Of a stretch of DNA of 64,000 nt, positions 25,461 to 37,454 are shown piece by piece (positions within the stretch are counted from its first letter, which is position 1; the number at the start of each line of letters is the position of its first letter). The notes beneath the pieces were generated by a model that worked only from the letters and a program-made list of their open reading frames with translations, was not told where the DNA came from and made no database searches. The translations under genes and the position numbers were made by a program. This DNA comes from Squalus acanthias (taxonomy: Eukaryota), in NCBI GenBank assembly GCA_030390025.1, contig CM059438.1, positions 63,428,001-63,492,000 of the forward strand, in the 5' to 3' direction.

Positions 25461-25837
25461 GCTAGCTGATGGGGTACTTGCTTCTTTCATCTGGTGTCAC
25501 TGATTCTGGTGTTTCAATCCATCAGGATGTAGAGAGCAGGCAGTGAACTGAGGGTTGTATTGAATAAAGTTAATGACTCACTAGCTTCGCCTTGGAGACT
25601 TGCCAAAAGGACAGCGTGAAGGGGCCTCGCCTTATGAAGATGTGTCTCTATCTGATCCTCATTCCCATTCTGCTTCTTTCTTCCCCTGAGTATTGTTTCC
25701 AGCTGCCTCTGCTTCAGGGAGGTTCTCCATCTCCTGCGTTGTCCCTCTCTTGAGGGCTCTCCCTGACTGCCCCTACTCCTGTTTGCCAAAATGGCAACAA
25801 CGACAATTTGGATTTATATAGCACCTTTAGCATAGTA

Positions 25838-28745
25838 AAGTACAAGTACAAGTGAGAACCAGGCTGAATACAGAAAGTTCAGAGGGGAAGTGAAAAAGGA
25901 AATAAGAGGGGCAAAGAAGGTGTATGAGAATAGAATGGCAGCTAACATAAAAGGGAATCCAAAAGTCTTCTATAGGCATATAAATAATAAACGGGTAATA
26001 AGAGGAGGGGTGGGGCGATTAGGGACCAAAATGGAGACCTACGCATGGAGGCAGAGGGCATGGCTGAGGTACTAAATGAATACTTTGCATCTGTCTTTAC
26101 CAAGGAAGAAGATGCTGCCAGAGTCATAGTGAAAGAGGAAGTAGTTGAGATACTGGATGGGATAAAAATTGATAAAGAGGAGGTACTAGAAAGGCTGACT
26201 GATTTCATTAAAGTAGTCATGATGCAGAGATGCCGGTGTTGGACTGGGGTGGACAAAAATGAGAAGTCGCACGACACCAAAATATCTGGGAGCAGACTTA
26301 GGGCTGCTGCTGCTCATTTTGCCTCCAGGTCCTCTCACAGCAAAGGCCAGGCAGTCTCTGATGACCTTCAATGCAGCAGCAATGATGACATCATCAGAGG
26401 CGACTTTTAGACTGAAAACACTAATTGGGTCATGGGTTCCCACATGCTGGAACTCAATTGCCCAATTAGGTGAAAATCGCATCAATCTCCCACATCCAAT
26501 TGCAGTCGGGTGGATAACACGACCCTAGCCCGCCCCAGTATCAAAATCCAGCCCATATGCCTCTATTTATAAAGCCCAGGATACCATATGCTTTTTTAAC
26601 CGCTTTCTCAACCTGCCCTGCCACCTTCAACGATTTGTGCCCATATTCCCCCGGGTCTCTCTGTTCCTGCACCCACTTTAGGATTGTACCCTTTAGTTTA
26701 TATTGCCTCTCCTCGTTCTTCCTACCAAAATGTATCACTTTGCACTTTTCTAGGTAAACTTCATCTGCCACGTGTCCGCCCATTCCACTAGCCTGTCTAT
26801 GTCCTCTTGAAGTCTATCACTATCCTCCTCACTGTTCACTATACTTCCAAGTTTTGTGTCATCCACAAATTTTGAAATAGTACCCTGTACACCTAAGTCC
26901 AAATCATTAATATATATCAAGAAAAGCACTGGTCCTAGTACCGACCCCTGGGGAACAGCACTGTGTACCTTCCTCCAGTCCAAAAAACAATTGTTCACCA
27001 CAACTCTCTGTTTCCTGTCACTTAGCCAAATTCGTATCCATGCTGCCACTGTCCCTTTTATTCCATGGGCTTCAACTTTGCTGGCAAGCCTATTATGTGT
27101 CACTTTATCAAATGCCTTTTGGAAGTCCATGTACACCACATCAACCGCACTGCCCTCATCAACCCTCTATGTTACCTCATCAAAAAATTCAATCAAGTTA
27201 GTTAAATACGATTTGCCTTTTCTTGATATATATTAATGATTAATGAATGGGCGGACACGTGGCAGATGAAGTTTACCTAGAAAAGTGCAAAGTGATACAT
27301 TTTGGTAGGAAGAACGAGGAGAGGCAATATAAACTAAAGGGTACAATCCTAAAGTGGGTGCAGGAACAGAGAGGCCTGGGGGAATATGGGCACAAATCGT
27401 TGAAGGTGGCAGGGCAGGTTGAGAAAGTGGTTAAAAAAGCATATGGAATCCTGGGCTTTATAAATAGAGGCATATGGGCTGGATTTTGATACTGGGGCAG
27501 GCTGGGGTCGTGTTATCCACCCGACTGCAATTGGATGTGGGAGATCGATGCGATTTTCACCTAATTGGGCAATTGAGTTCCAGCATGTGGGAACCCATGA
27601 CCCAATTAGTGTTTTCAGTCTAAAAGTCACCTCTGATGATGTCATCATTGCTGCTGCATTGAAGGTCTGCAAAGACTGCCTGGCCTTTGCTGTGAGAGGA
27701 CCTGGAGGCAAAATGAGCAGCAGCAGCCCTAAGTCTGCTCCCAGATATTTTTGTAGTACCACCAACATCACCACCGCCGCCACCACCACCACCACTGTAA
27801 TAGTGGACCTGCAGCTGATAGTCAGCTATCTAAATGTGCTCCCACCAGGTTGCACATTCGTGGTTCAGAACAGGCGTGCTTCACGTAGAAAAAGGGTTAA
27901 AATCACAAAGGCCTTTCAAAATGGCATTATAGAGGCAATTTAGTGCTTGTTAAGGGCCTTAACAGACTATCCCGCCTCTTAGAGGTGGGACGGAGTCGGG
28001 ACCAGCAGACACGATTTAATGAAAATTGCATGGAGGCGGGCTTGTGCCCGCCCGCCCGCCAGTTTTCGCAATTTTAACCCCCCACACGCCTCCAAACCCA
28101 CCTCCACGGGTCAATGAAAATTCTGCCCATAGAGTACAAAAGCAAGGAAGTTATGATGAACCTTTATAAAACACTGGTTCTGCCACAACTGGAGTATTGT
28201 GTCCAATTCTGGGCACCGCACTTTAGGAAGGATGTGAAGGCTTTAGAGAGAGTGCAGAAAAGATTTACAAGAATGGTTCCAGGGATGAGGGACTTTAGTT
28301 ATGTAGATAGAGTGGAGAAGCTGGGGTTGTTCTCCTTGGAGCAGAGAAGATTGAGAGGAGATTTGAGAGAGGTGTTCCAAATCATGTTGGGTCTAGACAG
28401 AGTAGATACAGAGAAACTGCTCTCATTGGCGGAAGGGTCGAGAACCAGAGGACACAGATTTAAGGTGATTGGTAAAAGAACCAAAGGTGACATGAGGAAA
28501 AACTTTTTTACACAGCGAGTGGCTAGGATCTGGAATGCATTGCCTGAAAGGGTGGTGGAGGCAGATTCAATTGCGGCTTTCAAAAGGGAATTGGATAAGT
28601 ACCTGAAGGAAGATTATTTACAGGGCTACGGGGAAAGGGCGGGGGAGTGGGACTAGCTGAAGTGCTCTTGCAGATAGCCGGCACGGGCTCGACGGGCTGA
28701 ATGTCCTCCTGCTGTGCTGTAATGATTCTATGATTCTATGATTCT
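25838..28745 (+). mobile_element. Rearranged CR1 LINE: + segment 25838-26200, inverted RT segment ~26574-27220, + segments 27245-27475 and 28129-28745
   Basis: ANIKGNPKVFY, AEVLNEYFASVFTKE, minus-strand DFQKAFDKV...VPQGSVLGP and LEYCVQFWAP...GEWD*, ending in an ATTCTATG tail. Confidence 0.88.
27476..28128. mobile_element. Harbinger-type MITE (GGGCTGGATTTT family) inside CR1
   Basis: GGGCTGGATTTT...AAAATTCTGCCC with AT flanks. Internal sequence shared with 8259-8966. Confidence 0.82.
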
Positions 28746-28747
28746 AA

Positions 28748-28998
28748 AACGTCTCAAGGCACTTCACATGAGCGTAATCACACAAAATTTGACACCGAGC
28801 CACATAAGGAGATATCAGGACAGGTTGGTCAAAGAAGTAGATTTTAAGGGGAGGAGGGGGGAGTTAAAGGAGGAGAGAGAGGTGGAGAGGTTTAGGGAGG
28901 GAATTCCATAGCTTAGGGCCTAGATAGCCAAAGGCACGGCCACCAATGGTGGAGCGAAGGAAATCGGGGATGCACAAGAGGCCAGAGTTGGAGGAACA
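28748..28998 (-). mobile_element. L2 LINE 3' fragment
   Basis: Reverse complement resembles 49060-49310. Confidence 0.6.
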
Positions 28999-29994
28999 TA
29001 ACTATAATCTCTTGCTGTTTTTTTATATATATAAGAAAATAAGGAATACTGACTGATTTGTTTTCTTTATTTTGATTTTCTGTTCATAATCTGTCGGAAA
29101 AAGGAAAGCACCGAATGGTACAGAACTAGTAAACCTCGAACAGCTGAAGCAGCACCATTGGTTTCAATAGCAGATAGTTTAAACGCACAGCCCAGTCTAC
29201 TGCACATTGTTATCCAGCAACCATGATGCATATTTAAGCAGGCTTTGTTGTACTTAAATCTTTTCAAGGATTTTCTTATATGTTCTCCTTTTCTCCTGCT
29301 TCACTCTCTTATTCATTATGTGTTTAGGATTAAAAACCTGAAGTTGCAGAGGTAAAAGAACATTTTGAAAGAATTCTGAGCAGATGGAATAAAAACAGAA
29401 AATGCTGGAAACACTCAGCACTGTGAAGAGAGAAACAGAGTTGGGCTGGATTTTGTGGGGGGCGGGGGGCGGGGGCGGGGTCAGTGGGCACGATCGGTGG
29501 CGGGTCAGGTGGGAAAGTGTTTATTTTTCCCCAGCTGGTCGGGATTCTGCTGTGAACCTGCTGCCACACACCTTTTCCAAATGTCGGGTCTGTCAGCGCT
29601 GAGCAGACCCGACACGCAGCGGCGGGGGAGGCAATTCAAATTATTAGTGGCTTGTTTACAACCACTTATCAATAGTTTTTTCCAAGCTTTTTGGATTCAA
29701 CAGGTCGCCCACCGGTTTCCCACTGTGCCTAGACCTCATCTGTGAAGCTGAGGCGGGAGGTCAGTGGCCATTGAATCAGCTGATGAGTTGACAGCTTCAA
29801 AGGTCAAATAAAAGCTCCCAGCTAATTGAGATATGTTCCCTTAACCAGTAGCTTCTCTAAACTGCATTTCCACTACAGATTCAGGGCACTGCAAGTCTTT
29901 ACACAAGTCTCCATCCAGTCTGACCTCATTACCTCTCCCACCATTGACAGATCTCTCCTGTCATCTCTACTTCACCTGCCATCTATTCCATCAG

Positions 29995-30110
29995 TGAGAA
30001 GTCGCACAACACCAGGTTATAGTCCAACAGTTTTATTTGAAATCACAAGCTTTCGGAGCTGCTGCCCCTTCGTCAGGTGAAGTGAAGGAATACGAATCGG
30101 CAAAGCATAT
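29995..30110 (-). mobile_element. PLE family 1 terminal fragment with hammerhead motif (30043-30080)
   Basis: 16-bp direct repeat CCATCTATTCCATCAG at 29979-29994 and 30111-30126. Confidence 0.85.
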
Positions 30111-31259
30111 CCATCTATTCCATCAGCATGGGTGCCTTTGAAACTCTCTCACCTTGGTCCTCAGAATCCCACCACGATCAACCCCAACACCAGCAGCACC
30201 AACAACAACACCAACCTTCTCCGCAATCACCTGATGCTGCACAGGACCGAGGGCATCAGTACCCGAGCACATTGCTGCCCGGGAGGCCAGGGATGGCCTC
30301 ACCATGGCAAGATTTACTTCACTTGACACTGTACACCCTGGCTGCCACATGATGTGCCAGATTAGTACCACCCCACACCAACACCATAAAACATCCCTAC
30401 AATGCCCAAGCCATTCCTTTCATACTCATCAGCATTGTGGGGGGTACCGTTATGTCTCACCATTCACTGTAACTCACTAAGCCACTTCCAAAGGTGCACA
30501 CAAATCTGTCCAAGAACACAAAGTGTTGAAAATAAAGGTTTCAATGTTTGACAGCACATTAACAGAAACTTCTCATGAACATTGCGTAAAACACCCAAGT
30601 GCCTACCCTTGTGTGTTGTTAGTTGGTATGATTGGACTAGGATGAGGGTGTGTGTGTGTGTGCAAGGTAAGTTGGTGTGAGTAAGGATGTGCAGGAGTAG
30701 AGTAGGGAAGGCAGAGTGATGGGGATGTGATGAGAGGCACAGCTGGATGAGGTTGAGTGTGAGTTTGTATTAACGTTTTGTGATCTACTGAGATCATTGA
30801 AACATTTGCAGCACTGAACCCAGGTCCTCCTGACCACATCCCTGCTTGTGCCCTCCTCTGCAATGTGCAACCAGGCTGTGTTGATCTCCTAGGGAGGTTT
30901 CTTCTGCCCATGGGAAGAGAGGAGGACCTCCTTGCATGCTGTGACTCCCTTCATAAGCATATGGAGGGAGTCATTGGAGAGCCTGGGTGCAGCCCTGCAC
31001 CTCTGTGCAGTGATTGTCAGTGTTTGCAGCACCTCAATGCTGTAGAACACTGACAGCACAAATGTCAAAATAAAGTTGGCCATGGTCCCTTTAAGGAACC
31101 TGGTTGATGACGCGTCATCAAGTGACGTCACCAAGTGACGTCACCAGACCCACTTCCTCTAATTGGCCGGCAAACCCGCTGAGCGGGTTTAACAAGCCCA
31201 ATCACGGTAAGTTCATTTCAGAGGCCGGGATGGAGACAGCAGCGGGGCCACGACCTGCC

Positions 31260-33326
31260 CCCGACATCGCCCACCACAGACCCGCCACCGACATCACCCG
31301 CCACAGACCCGCCACAGACCCGCCACCGACATCACCCGCCACAGACCCGCCACCGACATCACCCGCCACCGACATCGCCCGCCCCGGACCCGCCACCGAC
31401 ATCGCCCGCCACAGACCCGCCACCGACATCGCCCGCCACAGACCCGCCACCGACATCGCCCGCCCCGGACCCGCCACCGACATCGCCCGCCACAGACTCG
31501 CCACCGACATCGCCCGCCCCGGACCCACCACCGACATCGCCCGCCCCGGACCCGCCACCGACATCGCCCGCCACAGACTCGCCACCGACATCGCCCGCCC
31601 CGGACCCGCCACCGACATCGCCCGCCACAGACCCGCCACCGACATCGCCCGCCACAGACATCGCCCGCCACAGACTCGCCACCGACATCGCCCGCCCCGG
31701 ACCCGCCACCGACATCGCCCGCCCCGGACCCGCCACCGACATCGCCCGCCACAGACTCGCCACCGACATCGCCCGCCCCGGACCCGCCACCGACATCGCC
31801 CGCCACAGACCCGCCACCGACATCGCCCGCCACCGACATCGCCCGCCACGGACCCACCACCGACATCGCCCGCCACAGACCCGCTACCGATATCGCCCGC
31901 CACAGACCCGCTACCGACATCGCCCGCCACAGACCCGCTACCGACATCGCCCGCCCCGGACCCGCCACCGACATCGCCCGCCACAGACCCGCCACCGACA
32001 TTGCCCGCCACAGACCCGCTACCGACATCGCCCGCCACAGACCCGCCACAGACCAGCCACCGACATCGCCCGCCACAGACCCGCCACTGACATTGCCCGC
32101 CACAGACCCGCCACCGACATCGCCCGCCCCGGACCCGCCACCGACATCGCCCGTCACAGACCCGCCACTGACATTGCCCGCCACAGACCCGCCACCGACA
32201 TCGCCCGCCCCGGACCCGCCACCGACATCGCCCGTCACAGACCCGCCACTGACATTGCCCGCCACAGACCCGCCACTGACATCGCCCACCACTGACATTG
32301 CCCGCCACAGACCCGCCACTGACATCGCCCACCACTGACATTGCCCGCCACAGACCCGCCACCGACATCGCCCGCCACAGACCCGCCACCGACATTGCCC
32401 GCCACGGACCCGCCACTGACATTGCCCGCCACAGACATTGCCCGCCACAGACCCGCCACAGACCCGCCACCGACATCGCCCGCCACAGACCCGCCACTGA
32501 CATCGCCCACCACTGACATTGCCCGCCACAGACCCGCCACAGACCCGCCACCGACATCGCCCGCCACAGACCCGCCACTGACATTGCCCGCCACAGACCC
32601 GCTACCGACATCGCCCGCCACAGACCCGCCACCGACATCGCCCGCCACAGACCCGCCACCGACATTGCCCGCCACAGACCCGCCACTGACATTGCCCGCC
32701 ACAGACCCGCCACCGACATCGCCCGCCACAGACCCGCCACCGACATCGCCCGCCACAGACCCGCCACTGACATTGCCCGCCACAGACCCGCCACCGACAT
32801 CGCCCGCCACAGACCCGCCACCGACATCGCCCGCCACAGACATCGCCCGCCACAGACCCGCCACTGACATTGCCCGCCACAGACCCGCTACCGACATCGC
32901 CCGCCACAGACCCGCCACCGACATCGCCCGCCACAGACCCGCCACCGACATTGCCCGCCACAGACCCGCCACTGACATTGCCCGCCACAGACCCGCCACC
33001 GACATCGCCCGCCACAGACCCGCCACCGACATCGCCCGCCACAGACCCGCCACTGACATTGCCCGCCACAGACCCGCCACCGACATCGCCCGCCACAGAC
33101 CCGCCACCGACATCGCCCGCCACAGACATCGCCCGCCACAGACCCGCCACTGACATTGCCCGCCACAGACCCGCTACCGACATCGCCCGCCACAGACCCG
33201 CCACCGACATCGCCCGCCACAGACATCGCCCGCCACAGACCCGCCACTGACATTGCCCGCCACAGACCTGCTACCGACATCGCCCGCCACAGACCCGCCA
33301 CTGACATCGCCCGCCACAGACCCGCC
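31260..33326. repeat. GC-rich minisatellite, ~27-bp unit CCGCCACCGACATCGCCCGCCACAGAC
   Basis: About 2 kb of tandem variant units, seen directly and as the 9-aa period TDIARHRPA in the ORF track. Confidence 0.97.
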
Positions 33327-33347
33327 GAGATTCGTAAAATCCAGCCC

Positions 33348-33525
33348 GACGTTTCAGGTCGATGAGCTTTCATCAAAACTGGTCTGAACTGACATTCGGC
33401 TGAAAGGTCATCAACCTGAAACGTTAACTCTGTTTCTCTCTCCACAGATGCTGCCTGACCCGCTGAGTGTTTCGAGCATTTTCTGCTTTTATTTCAGACT
33501 TCCAGCGTCCGCAGTATTTGGTTTT
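33348..33525. mobile_element. PLE-like family 2 inverted pair (left arm continues at ~29390-29442, split by the Harbinger element)
   Basis: AGAGTT|...|GACGTTTCAGGTC rejoins across the Harbinger insertion. The right arm is ACCTGAAACGTTAACTCTGTTTCTCTCTCCACAGATGCTGCC. Confidence 0.75.
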
Positions 33526-33703
33526 GGCTGAGCGGATGAATCTTTTCCTGTGAGGTCTCAGTTGGCTCTGATCGTGGAATGTAGTGTGATGAACCTTGAC
33601 CTTGACGTTGGGGCAGGGGTGGGTACCAATACCTCTGAGAGGTTCGATGTTCACTCCCTGTTCCCATGTCTCTGACCTGAGTCTCTGTCCTCTCCTTATT
33701 CAG

Positions 33704-33900
33704 ATCACGGCACTAGAGAAGATGATGGCAAATGGGGATACGGCAGGAAGCAAAAACGCCTGTTTTGCACTGAGTTGCCTGGCAACCGACAAAGACGGCC
33801 ACGCCCATATCCTGATGAACCTCGTCTTCCCAGAAATATTAAACACCTTGTGCGTGTTACTGGAATCCAAAGAGCAGGAGTCAGCTTGGTTTGCTGCCAT
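33704..33900 (+). CDS. Host ARM/FN3 gene, exon 4 of 8 seen
   Basis: Acceptor ttattcag| and donor AT|gtacgt. Encodes ITALEKMMANGDTAGSKNACFALSCLATDKDGHAHIL...ESAWFAAM. Phase 0 to phase 2. Confidence 0.88.
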
Positions 33901-34673
33901 GTACGTAACTTAAAGCAACTGCGTGCAACGTGTGAGTGAATTGATTAGTGGATAGAAATCATGTTTAATAAAAACAAATATAAAGGTCCTTTTCAATGTT
34001 TAGCATTTCGGTGTTGCTTTAAAATAACGTGCTTCAGATTTTAGACCTGACTGCAGAAGATTAATGTTGGGTTGACGTTGAAGAAACAGTCTGTGCCAAT
34101 GCAGTCGCAGGTCATTGTAATCAGGAAAAGCAATGTGGGACATTGAATAATTGTTTTAGTGCCCATGCTATTTTGAAGAGTTTTATATCCTATTAGCTGT
34201 TGTACCATGATAGATAAGTATAACATAACCTATTAGCCAGCCAATCGCGTTTGGAATCTTTGTGATTTTAATGTGTCTGTCGACAGTTAGCATACAATAA
34301 CCTAGAATGGCAATGGTAATGGGGGATGTTGAGGAAACAGAAGCACTATTCCAGTATAGAATGCAATGGGGGGAAGTGGGAGGGAGGGTTGTCCCAGTCC
34401 CCAGCCCCCATCCTTACCTCCAGCTGAAAATGGCCGTTTACACTGTTGATTTGGTGGTTGTGCTGATCTCCTGCCAAAGTTACGGCAGGAGATGAAGACC
34501 ACACCTGTGAAAATTCAGGGCCAAGTGATGTGGTCATCAAACGTTTGCTGTATGAAGGAAGTAATGGTAGCTCACAAAGCAAGTAAACATTCTTCAAGGA
34601 TTCGGCGGGAGTGACTCAGTACTTGGCTGTTGCATGAGGAATGGTGTTTCACTACTGTTTCCGTACTTTACAG

Positions 34674-34752
34674 GACACTAAAAGTGTTAGGCAGCCATCC
34701 AAAAGGGGTTGTGAAACTGAGAGAGCACCCGAAAATATCAGCCCTCTTAAAG
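34674..34752 (+). CDS. Host ARM/FN3 gene, exon 5 of 8 seen (not in the ORF track)
   Basis: Acceptor tttacag| and donor AAG|gtaagc. Completes the Met codon, then TLKVLGSHPKGVVKLREHPKISALLK. Phase 2 to phase 0. Confidence 0.85.
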
Positions 34753-36446
34753 GTAAGCGATGGCTAAGGAATGGTCAGACTACATAGACTCACATAACGC
34801 TCCTAGAGCTGAAACATGAGCATGAGAACAATAGTGAGAAATTCCACACTTTACTTATAGTGACACTGTCAAGTACCCACAGTCAGTGATTGAGGAATTC
34901 TGATACATTTTTCAGTTTTCCCTCCAACTGAGCTGTTGACGAAATTTAAATTGAGAACATTCTTTTAGTAAAGGCAATGGAGGTAATGTTTAACTAAAGC
35001 TTGATCAAATGAGAACAGGCAGCCGTTACAGACTCCAAGCAAAAGCAGTTAATGCTGAGCTGATGAACTCCTTTTCTTAAAGATAAAGGGGGGGAATATT
35101 AAACTTTCCACTCTCACTGGCAGGTCCAATGGTCCTGTGCAAAAATGAGCTTGGATAATCTCAACCCGATTGTGAATGAGTGTGGTTCCACAACATGGAA
35201 CTGGCCAGTAATCGATATGAGATCGGCACTGTGTGGTAGTCTGGAGCAGAGAGGCTAGAGCATAAAACACGTGAGGACAAGGGAAAATTCCACATCAGGG
35301 CAGCAAGGGTGCAGTCCCCTCACCCGCCTGGGCACTTGTCCAACAGTTTGAAGATGCATCGGATGTAAGAGAAGACGAGCCTGCTCAAGGAACTATAAGC
35401 AGTAGTTACACTTCGAGGGTATTTAGCCTCTAACTCCTTTTGTTCTCATGGTCCATGTAGCAACTGTGGCTGCGAGAGTAGGTGGGCAATCCATTTGCAG
35501 CCCTTCCTTAATACCTCTCTGAACAGCTCACCTATGCAAATGAGGTCACCTTACTGCATCATTACATCAGTCCTACTTACTATCTCTTTTACATTAAAAC
35601 TGATACGTGAGTCACCACATTCCATTTCCAAATACATTGTAAACCCCTGTGTCAACTCTCCCTTTTGGGATTTCTCATTTGAAGTGTCCACATTTCCCGG
35701 TAATACATGTATGTTGGTGATTTCAATATTAAATGTCACATAACGTGAGCCACTTAAACAATAGCTGATATTTTACACTGGCGGTTTGCGTCTGCAAGTA
35801 GTTTCACATCCTAACCACCAGGTGGCCCAGCACCAATGTGCTCACTCAAACCCCATGTCTGAGTGTGAGCTAATATGCAAGACGGTTTTTAGAATCGTTA
35901 TTATTGTGCTTCATCCAATTACTTTAAATCCCAGTGTTTTCTACCCTGAACAGACCCGGAGTGATTCAAAAACTTTTATGCTTCTCACCTGGCCCTGAGT
36001 CCTGGCTTAGTCACACTCCAAAGTTGCATTTCTGCAGGTCCTTCTGTGATAATTAGATCTATCATGCTTGAACCCTCCCCCCTTCCCACACGAGCCTTCT
36101 TAGCTTAATTAATTGTTCTGATCAAAGTGTTGTATACCGCTCCCATGGGCCTACTTCCGACCTGTTACTCGGCAAGAGAATGGTGCTTGCTCTTCGTCCC
36201 CCCACCCCCCCACGAGAGATGTCACTGGCCCCTCCCCTGCTTGCTGAGATGTTTGGAATCCCTCTCCACCCCCCTCCCCCAATACTGAGACTGCTGACTA
36301 TCAACCTCTCCTTTCCGCTACCCCCCCCCCCCCCACCCCGCCCCGCCACCACCTCCAACTGAGATGTTTTGGCCCTCCCCAAGAATGTTTCCTGGCACTG
36401 ACCCTTGCTCAGATATATTGCTCCCACCCTCCACCCCACTGGATTC

Positions 36447-36803
36447 TGAGGGAGTGCTGCACTGTTGGAGGTGCCGTCCTTTGGATGAGACGTTAAACCG
36501 AGGCCCCGTCTGCTCTCTCAGGTGGACGTAAAAGATCCCATGGCTCTATTTCGAAGAAGAGCAGGGGAGTTATCCCCGGTGTCCTGGCCAATATTTATCC
36601 CTCAACCAATATAACAAAAACAGATTATCTGGTCATTATCACATTGCTGTCTGTGGGAGCTTGCTGAGCACAAATTGGCTGCTGCGTTTCCTACATTACA
36701 ACAGTGACTCCACTTCAAAAGTACTTCATTGGTTGTAAAGCGCTTTGAGACGTCCGGTGGTTGTGAAAGGCGCTACATAAATGCAAGTCTTTCTTTCTTT
36801 TCT
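36447..36803 (+). mobile_element. DeuSINE, 5'-truncated
   Basis: Deu core and tail as in 19715-20157. Confidence 0.85.
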
Positions 36804-37454
36804 CCGACATTGCCCATCATCGATCTTCTTCCCTCGCCCCTCCCCCACTGGGATATCCTAAACACACACTGAGAATATTTCCTGGCCTTGCCCCCTCCCG
36901 CTCACTTCCGAATGGAGATTATTTGCTGGCTACACCATCACCACCCCCCCCACCCACACTGGGATTGTTTTCCAGCCTTTCTCTTCCACCCCAACCACCA
37001 ACACAGTTTCCCTGCCTTTTCTCCCATGTCACCTCTCATACCTCTTCCACCCCCCACCCCCTTTCTCCACCCCTCTAATCCCTCACACTTTCTTGGTTGA
37101 ATCATTCCCCCTGACCCCTGACCCTGCTTGACTTAACATGTTGCCCATGGTCTTGACTGACCATCTGCAAGGCCAGAGGAGATTGACTAATCTATTTTTT
37201 TTCCTTTTCCTTTTTAATAAATGTTCCACTTATGGTTGCCCCGGTATCCACCCAGACACATTCTTGGCAACATAGCTGCTGTATAATGTTCGGAATGTAT
37301 TGGGGTGGTGAAGTGGTGCAGCACACGGGAGTAGCAATACATATAGACACAAAGGGGTCGATTTTCATCTGGACCTGTTTTCGGGCCCACAGCCGGTGTT
37401 GCGGCGGCCTAAGGATTGGCAGGTATTGGTCCTTGGGCCTCATCTACATACTTG

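Larger units (their letters stand above)
29443..33347. mobile_element. Non-autonomous Harbinger-type element with degenerate Myb/SANT exon, deleted transposase and minisatellite expansion
   Basis: TIRs GGGCTGGATTTT/AAAATCCAGCCC. Minus-strand Myb remnant RAAPRLSNDSL...KKPP*...AWLHIAEE...RTWVQCCKCFNDL (~30770-31010). Q-rich ORF at 30128. Confidence 0.82.

Noticed and set aside
31104..33445. Long Pro/Thr- or Arg-rich ORFs on both strands (mucin-like)
   Set aside because: They are artefacts of the stop-poor 27-bp tandem repeat.
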